From a virus (lineage: Duplodnaviria; Caudoviricetes), in IMG/VR virus record IMGVR_UViG_3300044260_000018, positions 1 to 37,366 of that record: a stretch of DNA of 37,366 nucleotides. One strand, given 5' to 3'. The notes under the pieces are model-generated. The model did no database searches and was not told the origin of the DNA. It saw nothing but the letters and a program-made list of their open reading frames with translations. The position numbers and the translations under genes were made by a program. Positions 7,796 to 14,803 of this stretch are shown piece by piece; the stretch's first letter is position 1, and each line of letters starts with the position of its first letter.

Positions 7796-8003
7796 GCTCG
7801 CGACGCTACCCACCGTGTGCGCCCAGCGACCGCATTCGAGCCCTCTGATTTGGTATGGAATCACTAGGCCGCGCGTTCACTGGGGAGCGCAACTACTAGA
7901 CAGGTGAATATCTAGCCAAGCTAATTCCCTTTTGGGGGTATTGCTGGCGCCCTCGAGACGGGCCTTAATCGTTAATGTTCGGGTACTAACTAGGGGTCCA
8001 AAA

Positions 8004-8210
8004 TTGCACACGCACGCGACAGCAGTACAGCACATCATCGAGACGGCGGCCGGTCGGTCGTCGGTCGACCTGGGGCACGTTTTCTCGCAAGGCGCACACA
8101 GGGCTGAGCTGTTCGACGTCTACAGTCTCGCCGTGAAGTGTGGCGTCGCGTCAGGGCTTTTCGGCCTCGCGACGAGCCTGTGCGAGAACCTCATCGGCAT
8201 CCAGTCCTAG
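8004..8210 (+). CDS. Possible 68-aa protein resembling the repressor C-terminal helices
   Basis: AGGGG RBS before TTG; DVYSLAVKCGV versus repressor DFYTLAEALGL; overlaps the repressor 3' end in antisense. Confidence 0.35.
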   Translation: MHTHATAVQHIIETAAGRSSVDLGHVFSQGAHRAELFDVYSLAVKCGVASGLFGLATSLCENLIGIQS

Positions 8211-8414
8211 AGCCTCTGCGAGAGTGTAGAAGTCTCCGAGCAGGGGTGCGCGCTCGCCGTCTAGGTAGCGGCTCACTGAGCGCGTGCTGATCCCGGTCAC
8301 TTTCGCTAGGTGCGGAAGTGTGAGCGCCGGCCTGGCGGTGTGCTTTGCCTGCCAGAGTTGCCGCGCGATCGACGCGTCGAAGCGCTCCCGAGCTGACGGG
8401 GTGTCTTGAGCCAT
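8151..8414 (-). CDS. Immunity repressor, XRE HTH
   Basis: LTLPHLAKVTGISTRSVSRYLDGER HTH; divergent from the cro-like gene. Confidence 0.82.
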   Translation of the reverse strand: MAQDTPSARERFDASIARQLWQAKHTARPALTLPHLAKVTGISTRSVSRYLDGERAPLLGDFYTLAEALGLDADEVLAQARREAEKP

Positions 8415-8553
8415 ACGGACAATTTATCGTCCGGACGGTCAATACCGTAACCCCCGAACTGGGGCGCTGACGATTTCGCGAAATCACGTCATTTGCTGCG
8501 GCGTGTCGATTTTGACCTTGCCCGTTTGGTCTATACCTTGTCCGTATGGTCAA
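8407..8553. promoter_or_regulatory. Genetic switch: two divergent leaderless promoters with four 16-bp operators
   Basis: Operators TTGTCCGTATGGCTCA (8407-22, -), TTGACCGTCCGGACGA (8427-42, -), TTGCCCGTTTGGTCTA (8518-33) and TTGTCCGTATGGTCAA (8538-53); rightward TTGACC-16-TACCTT-6-ATG; leftward TAAATT-6-ATG. Confidence 0.8.
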
Positions 8554-8779
8554 GACATCGAATACCGCTAAGGCGCTCGTCGCCGAACGCGCAGCGGCCA
8601 GCCTGCAGCGCTCGGGGCTCTCCGAGAACGCCGCCGCGACCGCATCCGGCATCCCGCGCTCGACACTCCGCCGTTTCCTCGCCGGCGTCGACGAACTCAC
8701 CCCCGGCCGCCTGTACGCCCTCGCAATCGCGCTCGGCGCTGAGATGGGCGACTGGCTCAAGGGCGCGTACGTCCGATGA
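8546..8779 (+). CDS. Cro-like XRE HTH protein
   Basis: SGLSENAAATASGIPRSTLRRFLAG HTH; first early gene. Confidence 0.85.
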   Translation: MVKTSNTAKALVAERAAASLQRSGLSENAAATASGIPRSTLRRFLAGVDELTPGRLYALAIALGAEMGDWLKGAYVR

Positions 8780-8982
8780 GCGAGCGCCTCGCTTTCGACT
8801 ACGCAGGCGCTGCCGACTCGGTCGGAGTGTCGATCGACACCATCAAGCGCGAGGTCGCGGCCGGGAACATCGCCGTTCGCTACTACGGCCGCAAGCCGCT
8901 GATTCCCGCAACATCGCTCGCCGCCTGGTTCAAGGCGCTCCCCGCCGAGCCGAAGAAGAAGTCAGCCGTCGCCCGCAAGTAG
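8776..8982 (+). CDS. Excisionase-like HTH protein
   Basis: AADSVGVSIDTIKREVAAGNI..GRKPLIP (MerR-like/HTH_17 Xis pattern). Confidence 0.8.
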   Translation: MSERLAFDYAGAADSVGVSIDTIKREVAAGNIAVRYYGRKPLIPATSLAAWFKALPAEPKKKSAVARK

Positions 8983-9030
8983 GGCGATCCTCCCGCGCCT
9001 GATCCCGGCCCGAACCTGATCAGTCGCAAG

Positions 9031-9205
9031 CCTGCGCCGCTTTCGCCGGCGGCGTAGGTACTCCACGGCCTCGAGCCGCTGCAACTTGATAACTCCACAG
9101 CGCATACCCCGATGAAGAAGAGAAGGGGAGCCGCCCGCGTAGCGGGCGAGACAGCGACGTGAGAGGTCGCACGCACCGGCGGCCGGGTCAACGCCCGGCC
9201 GCCGG
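9031..9205 (+). ncRNA. Structured early leader RNA with boxA-like element
   Basis: Four hairpins (9031-58, 9132-48, 9154-70, 9176-9205) and CTTGATAACTCCACAG at 9085-9100 in a 250-bp non-coding gap. Confidence 0.45.
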
Positions 9206-9234
9206 ATCCCACCAACCCACGAAAGGAAAACGCA

Positions 9235-9387
9235 GTGATCGATTGGAACGCAATCATCTGGTTCGTCATCTGGGCCGCGGTCGTCTTCGCGAGCATCGCC
9301 CTCATCGTCTGGATCGTCTTCGCGACGATCGCAGCTCGCCACATCCGCCGCGTCAACGACGAGTTCTACCCGCGCCGCCGGCGCTAA
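9235..9387 (+). CDS. 50-aa single-TM membrane protein
   Basis: GAAAGGA RBS; long hydrophobic helix with basic tail; absent from the ORF track. Confidence 0.75.
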   Translation: MIDWNAIIWFVIWAAVVFASIALIVWIVFATIAARHIRRVNDEFYPRRRR

Positions 9388-9398
9388 GAGAGGAACCC

Positions 9399-9659
9399 AT
9401 GCAGAACCCCGAAACGAACGTCAAGCGCGACCCGCAGGAGTCCCCGGGCGCCACCCGCAAGGCGCAGAAGCGCGTCGCGCGATTCACCGCCGAGCAGCGC
9501 TTCGCACCCTCGGCGCGCGAACTCTTCCCGATGCTGCGCCGCCGACTGCTCGAGAGCCGCCCCGTGCTCGCGATCTTCGACGAAGGCCGACCCGGCGAGC
9601 GCTGGATGTACGGCGATCCCACCTTCCGCAACGTCATCGAGAACGGACAGCACGTATGA
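9399..9659 (+). CDS. Hypothetical protein
   Basis: GAGGA RBS; coupled to the next gene. Confidence 0.65.
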   Translation: MQNPETNVKRDPQESPGATRKAQKRVARFTAEQRFAPSARELFPMLRRRLLESRPVLAIFDEGRPGERWMYGDPTFRNVIENGQHV

Positions 9660-9823
9660 GCACGACAGCCCGCAAGGCACGCAAGCGCGCCCGCATCAAG
9701 TTCCAGCACCCGACGAAGATCGGCACCCCGCGCGCCGCTCGAGGCGTCCCCTTCGACGGGTTCACGTGGCGCAACCGCTGGGGGCTCGCCTGGGCGCCGG
9801 CATGGCAGAAGTTCGTCTCGTAG
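9656..9823 (+). CDS. 55-aa basic protein (MSTTARKARKRARIKF...)
   Basis: ATGA overlap; Arg/Lys-rich N-terminus. Confidence 0.65.
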   Translation: MSTTARKARKRARIKFQHPTKIGTPRAARGVPFDGFTWRNRWGLAWAPAWQKFVS

Positions 9824-9835
9824 GCCGGCCCCGGG

Positions 9836-10369
9836 ATGACGCATATCAAGCACCCGTACAACTGGGCGAAGCGCGAGCTGCGCAGCCTCGGCGTTCGCTG
9901 CACGGCGGAAGACAACGGCGGGGCGACCTACCTCCTGCCGGATATGACGGGCACCTACGTGCCCCGCCGAGTGACGGGCGGCGGTGCCGTTTCGATCCTT
10001 TCGGACGTGCGCCGCCGCCTCGGCATCTACGGCAGCGTTCACGGCGGCGACAACAAGCCGAAGCCGCCGCCGATACAACGTTCGCTGTTGCGCGTGTCGG
10101 TGCACGCCGCCGAACGGTTCGCGCTGATGCAACGGCAGGCGCAGATCGGGACGCCCGAACTCGAGGCGGCTCTGTTCTACCCCGAGAAGGTCGAACCGTC
10201 GCACGACACCACGTTCGTCTACACAACGCGTCGCCTGTCGGTCGTGGTCGTCTTCGACCCCGACGGGCGCGCTGTCGTCAAGACGATCACGTGGGCCGAC
10301 CCGGCGATGTTCGACATCCACCCGCGACCCGAAAAAGAGAACGCCCCGGTTGCAGCCGGGGCGCAGTGA
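9836..10369 (+). CDS. Putative ribonuclease: HicA-like N-domain plus DUF4258-like C-domain
   Basis: N-terminal alpha-beta-beta-beta-alpha pattern; C-terminal VSVHAAER..I...ELEAALFYP...VVV...VVKT. Confidence 0.55.
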   Translation: MTHIKHPYNWAKRELRSLGVRCTAEDNGGATYLLPDMTGTYVPRRVTGGGAVSILSDVRRRLGIYGSVHGGDNKPKPPPIQRSLLRVSVHAAERFALMQRQAQIGTPELEAALFYPEKVEPSHDTTFVYTTRRLSVVVVFDPDGRAVVKTITWADPAMFDIHPRPEKENAPVAAGAQ

Positions 10370-10389
10370 CACACGAGAGGAACCCCAAC

Positions 10390-10764
10390 ATGTCGACCCC
10401 AACAGTACCGCTTGAGCGTCACGTGCGCTCACGCGACCCCGAAACGTCGTGGGAAGCCGCGCAGCTGATCGACTCCGACCAGTGGCCGGCACTGCTGCAC
10501 AGCGTGCTCGACGTCGTCAAAGACATCGGCCCCGCGACCGATGACGAGATTCACGCCGAATACCATCGCCGCGGCTATCCGCAGCGCTCGCCGCAGCGGA
10601 TCCGCACCGCCCGGAAGAGCCTCACTCTCGGCGGCGCGTGCGACTTCGGTCGCGTTACCAAGTTCCCGCCGGCTATCGAGGCCGCCGAGTCGACGGGCAG
10701 GTCGAAGCTCGGCCACGCGTCGCAGCACTGGCAGGCGATCGAGCGCGAAGAGGTGCCTGCCTGA
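10390..10764 (+). CDS. Winged-helix DNA-binding protein
   Basis: RSRDPETSWEAA..GPATDDEI..SPQRIRTAR motif of a common phage wHTH family. Confidence 0.7.
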   Translation: MSTPTVPLERHVRSRDPETSWEAAQLIDSDQWPALLHSVLDVVKDIGPATDDEIHAEYHRRGYPQRSPQRIRTARKSLTLGGACDFGRVTKFPPAIEAAESTGRSKLGHASQHWQAIEREEVPA

Positions 10765-11042
10765 TGCGCGCGATCGTCCCGCAGAACTTCGACCCGCACA
10801 AAGACGCGATCGACGGCGACGCACCGGATCCCTGGGCCCGCGAGCGCGACGCGTACGCCGGCCTTCCCGCCCGTCGCCCGTGGGTCGCTCCCGCGGTCGC
10901 CGACGTCAAGACGCGGCATCAGCTGCGAGCGCTCGAGCGGCCCGTCAAGCCGCCGCGAACCCGCGAGCACGTGTGGGTCGTCGCGACGCTCACCATCGTC
11001 GCGGTCATCGCCGCGTACATCGTCCTGAACTACTGGAAGTGA
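10764..11042 (+). CDS. Hypothetical protein with C-terminal TM helix
   Basis: TGATG coupling; hydrophobic C-terminus. Confidence 0.65.
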   Translation: MRAIVPQNFDPHKDAIDGDAPDPWARERDAYAGLPARRPWVAPAVADVKTRHQLRALERPVKPPRTREHVWVVATLTIVAVIAAYIVLNYWK

Positions 11043-11046
11043 CCCC

Positions 11047-11229
11047 GTGAACCTGATTCTGTTCCTCGCGTCTCTCGTCGGCGCGTGCTCCGCGCTCGGG
11101 GCCGCTCTCGTCCCCCAGGCGCCGGCATCCGGCGGCATCGCGACCCTGAGCATCGTCGTCGCGGTCGCAGCGTGCACGTGGCTGATCCTCCGATGGATCG
11201 ACGACCCGGCGCAGAGGAAACCGCGATGA
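11047..11229 (+). CDS. Small two-TM membrane protein
   Basis: Two hydrophobic segments; coupled to the next gene. Confidence 0.6.
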   Translation: MNLILFLASLVGACSALGAALVPQAPASGGIATLSIVVAVAACTWLILRWIDDPAQRKPR

Positions 11230-11375
11230 CCTACGACACCGACGAGCTGCTCGAGACGCTCGCCGAACCGCGGCCCACCGAGGCCGACCTCAACCCACCA
11301 CTACTCCGCGACTCGACCGGTGCCGTGCTCGGCATCGATTGGGAGCGACTCATCGAAGAAGGGCTCATCAAATGA
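11226..11375 (+). CDS. Small acidic hypothetical protein
   Basis: GAGGA RBS; ATGA overlaps at both ends. Confidence 0.6.
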   Translation: MTYDTDELLETLAEPRPTEADLNPPLLRDSTGAVLGIDWERLIEEGLIK

Positions 11376-11827
11376 CCGACACCTACACGCCGCGATCCGG
11401 CGACCATGTCGAAGCGAGTAAGGGCGACGCGCTGTTCCGCGCACTCGTCGCCGAGGCGAGCGACGGCTCGGGACGCCTCATGTGCGTCGTCACTGGCGTC
11501 GATTTCGTCGTCGGTGACGTGAACGAGCTGATCGCGCAGCGATGGACGTTTTCGCGCCTTGCTGACCCCATTCCGACCGAGCCCGGCATCTACCTCGACA
11601 AGTCCAACGACCCGTGTGTCGTGGACGAGGACGGCGAGCTGACGTACAAGGGGGAATCGATGCGTGCCCCTGGGGATTTCGGCCCCTTCCGCCGCATCGA
11701 GTACACCGACGAGGCCGAAGCACGCGTCGTCCGACGTCTCGCCGAGGCGCTGTACATTCGCGGACTCGACGACACGCGAGAGCGCCTCATCCGAGTCGCA
11801 CACGAGGTGCTCGGGGTGATCCTGTGA
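11372..11827 (+). CDS. Hypothetical protein
   Basis: ATGA coupling; PIPTEPG motif. Confidence 0.7.
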   Translation: MTDTYTPRSGDHVEASKGDALFRALVAEASDGSGRLMCVVTGVDFVVGDVNELIAQRWTFSRLADPIPTEPGIYLDKSNDPCVVDEDGELTYKGESMRAPGDFGPFRRIEYTDEAEARVVRRLAEALYIRGLDDTRERLIRVAHEVLGVIL

Positions 11828-12243
11828 CCGACCTAGGAACGTTCGACGGGCCGATGCCCGTCACGACGCAGAGCATCCCGACCCTGTTCGTCGGCGTCAT
11901 CGACATCGACCTCAAGCAGAACCCGCTATCGCTGAACGGGCGGCTGAACCGCTACGCGAAAGCGCGACTCACGCGGATGTGGCGCGGATTCGTGCACCTC
12001 AGCGCGGGACGCTGGCCGGCGCTCGCCGCGGTCGACGTCACCCTCACCTGGTACGTCACGACCAATCACCGGCGCGACGAGGACAACCTGTACGGGCTGC
12101 TCAAGCCGCTCGCCGACGGGCTCGTCGACGCGGGCGTCGTGCCCGATGACACGGCCGACTACATGTCGAAGACGTGCCGCATCGAGCGAGCCGCGCCGGG
12201 CGAGGTCGCGCACATGAAGCTGCGCGTCGTGGAGCGCCGATGA
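11824..12243 (+). CDS. rusA: RusA-like Holliday junction resolvase
   Basis: PLSLN and RRDEDNL..LKPLADGLVDAGVVPDD motifs. Confidence 0.85.
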   Translation: MTDLGTFDGPMPVTTQSIPTLFVGVIDIDLKQNPLSLNGRLNRYAKARLTRMWRGFVHLSAGRWPALAAVDVTLTWYVTTNHRRDEDNLYGLLKPLADGLVDAGVVPDDTADYMSKTCRIERAAPGEVAHMKLRVVERR

Positions 12244-12533
12244 GACGCGCCGACATGCCCGCCCCCGAACGGATCCGTGCCACGCCGACCGAGAGGTTCT
12301 TCGACATGAAGGCCGTTCTCGACTTCGAGCAGAGCGCGCCCGTCGGCCGGGTGAAGGAAGAGCAGATCCGTCGCACCTTCCGCGTCGCCCCCGCCCGCTA
12401 CTACCAGCGACTCGGTCGCATCATCCACCAGCGCGACGCCCTCGAGTACGCCCCGCATCTCGTGCACCGCCTGCTCGCGCTCGAGGAACAACGCGCCATG
12501 AAACGCGCAGAGAGAACCAAACCCCATGACTAG
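12240..12533 (+). CDS. DUF3263-family protein
   Basis: VLDFE..KEEQIRRTF..ARYYQRL..IIH..ALEYAPHLVHRL signature. Confidence 0.8.
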   Translation: MRRADMPAPERIRATPTERFFDMKAVLDFEQSAPVGRVKEEQIRRTFRVAPARYYQRLGRIIHQRDALEYAPHLVHRLLALEEQRAMKRAERTKPHD

Positions 12534-12903
12534 TGCAGGCTTCGACTTCGGCACCCTACGTGCCACCAGACACCCCGACGGCCGCGGACGCATCCGAACA
12601 TACGTCGACGGCACACACACTCGACTCGTCTACGAGTGCGCTCGCTGCGGTCAAGAGCGACAGTTTCGCGACGGGCGCCCCGTTCCGATCCTCTGCCACG
12701 ACTGCAAGTTCTCGCTGTCGCCGGCCGAGCGCGCCCACTGGATCGCAGTAAAGGCGAAGGCTGAGACGCCCGCGCAGGTCGCCGACCTCACCCTCGGCGA
12801 AGCGCTGCACGACCTGGCCGACACGGTAGCGCAGGCGCTCGAGTCAGTCGAGATGCTCGCAAGCGCGATCGACCGTGCGGAGATGGCCGAGGCCGCGTCG
12901 TGA
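12526..12903 (+). CDS. Zinc-ribbon protein
   Basis: CARC...CHDC. Confidence 0.65.
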   Translation: MTSAGFDFGTLRATRHPDGRGRIRTYVDGTHTRLVYECARCGQERQFRDGRPVPILCHDCKFSLSPAERAHWIAVKAKAETPAQVADLTLGEALHDLADTVAQALESVEMLASAIDRAEMAEAAS

Positions 12904-13205
12904 CAGGGTCGCCGATCTTCGCCGCAGCGGCGGCGATGTGGCGGCAGACGCGAGCAGAGTTCGAAATCGTTCGAGAGAACGCCTACCAGCGTGCCGCCGA
13001 CGAGTGCAACGGCGTGCTACTCAACGCCCGCGGGAAACGCGCCGACATCGACCCTTACAGCCTGTTTATCGGCTCCGAGGTTCGCGCCCACGCGTACGCA
13101 TCCGAAGAGCTGCTCGAGTTCTGGCGCAGCCACCCGCGGCTGACCTACGCCGAATTCGAGCGCCAATACACCGAGTACTACGACGACGAGGAAGGAGCCG
13201 CCTGA
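12900..13205 (+). CDS. Phage hypothetical protein
   Basis: GTGA coupling; YASEELLEFWRSHPRLT motif. Confidence 0.75.
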   Translation: MTGSPIFAAAAAMWRQTRAEFEIVRENAYQRAADECNGVLLNARGKRADIDPYSLFIGSEVRAHAYASEELLEFWRSHPRLTYAEFERQYTEYYDDEEGAA

Positions 13206-13474
13206 TGGACGTCGGACACACCTACGCATCCGCCGAGGGCGTGCGCCTCTGCCTCTACGTCGTCGCCGAGGTCGCCCCGCCCGAAACGCTCGAGCTCGAG
13301 CGCGACGGCAAGCCGATCACATTCGATCGCGTCTCCGAGGGCTCACTGCACTGCGGCCACGTGCTCGGCATCAAAGGCAACTGCACGAGCTACGAGTGCC
13401 ACCGCGCCGAACTGGGCAAGTGCCAGTGCGGCCGGCACGAGTTCGGGGTGCCGATCAGAAGGGCGGCCGGCTGA
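13205..13474 (+). CDS. Cys/His-rich hypothetical protein
   Basis: AAGGAG RBS; TGATG overlaps at both ends. Confidence 0.65.
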   Translation: MDVGHTYASAEGVRLCLYVVAEVAPPETLELERDGKPITFDRVSEGSLHCGHVLGIKGNCTSYECHRAELGKCQCGRHEFGVPIRRAAG

Positions 13475-14103
13475 TGTCCTACAAAGCCACCGGGTGGGCA
13501 TACGACCTCCCAGTGACCGGGTCGAAAAAGTCCGTGCTCGTTGCGCTCGCCGACATGGCCGACGAAGCGAACACCTGCTATCCCGGGCAGGAACGACTCG
13601 CCGCGATGACGGGCCGATCGGTCGAGACAGTGCGGCGAGCGCTGAAAGACCTCGAGGCGATGCAGCTCATCGAGCGCGAGCGTCGAGTCGGCTCGTTCGG
13701 GTATCGGACCTCGGATCGATACAAGCTCAACGTCGACAATTCTGAGCCCGAATCCCTACCGGTCAAATTGCCCACAAGGCAACGCGCCCACAAGGCACCG
13801 CGAGGATCCCTACCGGTCATTCTGCCCGTTCCTACCGGTCAGGTTGAGGGGGCGATGAACCATCAGTTAACCACCAGTGTTAACCATCAGGGGGAGCCCG
13901 CCCTCTTTTGCGATTCGCATCCAGGCGGAACGAACGAGAAGTGCGGTGCCTGCGGCGACGCTCGACGTCTGCACCACGCGTGGGAGCGCAACCGGCCCGC
14001 GGTCGCCACCGTACCCGGGATCGTCACGGATCCCGACTGCCCGAAGCACCCGCACCGACCGCTCGTCGGATGCGACCGCTGCGGAGAAGAGGCCGAGTCG
14101 TGA
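13474..14103 (+). CDS. HTH replication initiator protein
   Basis: KSVLVALADMADE..CYPGQERLAAMTGRSVETVRRALKDLE wHTH; internal iterons; C-terminal Cys/His clusters. Confidence 0.85.
   Translation: MSYKATGWAYDLPVTGSKKSVLVALADMADEANTCYPGQERLAAMTGRSVETVRRALKDLEAMQLIERERRVGSFGYRTSDRYKLNVDNSEPESLPVKLPTRQRAHKAPRGSLPVILPVPTGQVEGAMNHQLTTSVNHQGEPALFCDSHPGGTNEKCGACGDARRLHHAWERNRPAVATVPGIVTDPDCPKHPHRPLVGCDRCGEEAES
13752..13890 (+). repeat. Putative replication origin (iterons plus lower-GC repeats) inside the initiator gene
   Basis: CCTACCGGTCA at 13755, 13809 and 13831; GCCCACAAGGCA at 13770 and 13786; AACCA(T/C)CAG at 13858, 13869 and 13882. Confidence 0.75.
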
Positions 14104-14345
14104 CCCGCGACGAGCGCAACCGGGCGTCGACCCTCGAGCGCGAACTCGGCAACGTCGACGCGGCCGAAGTACGCGCGCTCGCGAACCTGCGCCGCGCCGG
14201 GCATCCGTTCCGCACCATCGCGCAGGCACGCGAGTGGCTCGCAGCGAGTCGCAAAGTCCAGGCGATGACCGTCGACGACGTCATCGCGAATTTCATCGCC
14301 GGCGGATCCCGGCATTACCAACCATCACGAAACCGGAGTAACTGA
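14100..14345 (+). CDS. Hypothetical protein
   Basis: GTGA overlap; fills the gap before ssb. Confidence 0.55.
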   Translation: MTRDERNRASTLERELGNVDAAEVRALANLRRAGHPFRTIAQAREWLAASRKVQAMTVDDVIANFIAGGSRHYQPSRNRSN

Positions 14346-14347
14346 AC

Positions 14348-14803
14348 ATGGCAGGCGAAACGATCATCACCGTCGTCGGGAACCTCACCGCCGACCCCGA
14401 GCTGCGCTACACGCAGAACGCCCTCGCGGTCGCGAACTTCACGATCGCATCTACCCCGCGCAGCTTCGACAAGGCGTCGAACGACTGGAAAGACGGCGAC
14501 CCGCTGTTCCTCCGCGCATCAGTGTGGCGCGAGTTCGCGGAACACGTCGCCGGCTCCCTCACGAAGGGATCCCGCGTCATCGCGACCGGCCGGCTGCGAC
14601 AGCGCAGCTACCAAACCGAGTCGGGGGAGAAGCGCACCTCGACCGAACTCGAGGTCGACGACATCGGCCCGTCGCTGCGCTACGCGACCGCGGCCGTCAC
14701 CAGGGCGACATCCTCGAGCCGTGGCGGCAACGCACCGGTCGAAGAGCAGTGGGCGCCAGCGACCGAGTCGAGCCCGTGGCCGAGCGACGAGACGCCGTTC
14801 TAA
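14348..14803 (+). CDS. ssb: Single-stranded DNA-binding protein
   Basis: [21 protein letters not shown]-terminus and DETPF C-terminus; actinobacterial SSB. Confidence 0.97.
   Translation: MAGETIITVVGNLTADPELRYTQNALAVANFTIASTPRSFDKASNDWKDGDPLFLRASVWREFAEHVAGSLTKGSRVIATGRLRQRSYQTESGEKRTSTELEVDDIGPSLRYATAAVTRATSSSRGGNAPVEEQWAPATESSPWPSDETPF

Noticed and set aside
8083-8188. Second inverted match TTCTCGCAAGGC versus the repressor 3' end
   Set aside because: Short, gapped, out of frame and not colinear with the 17-bp match; likely chance
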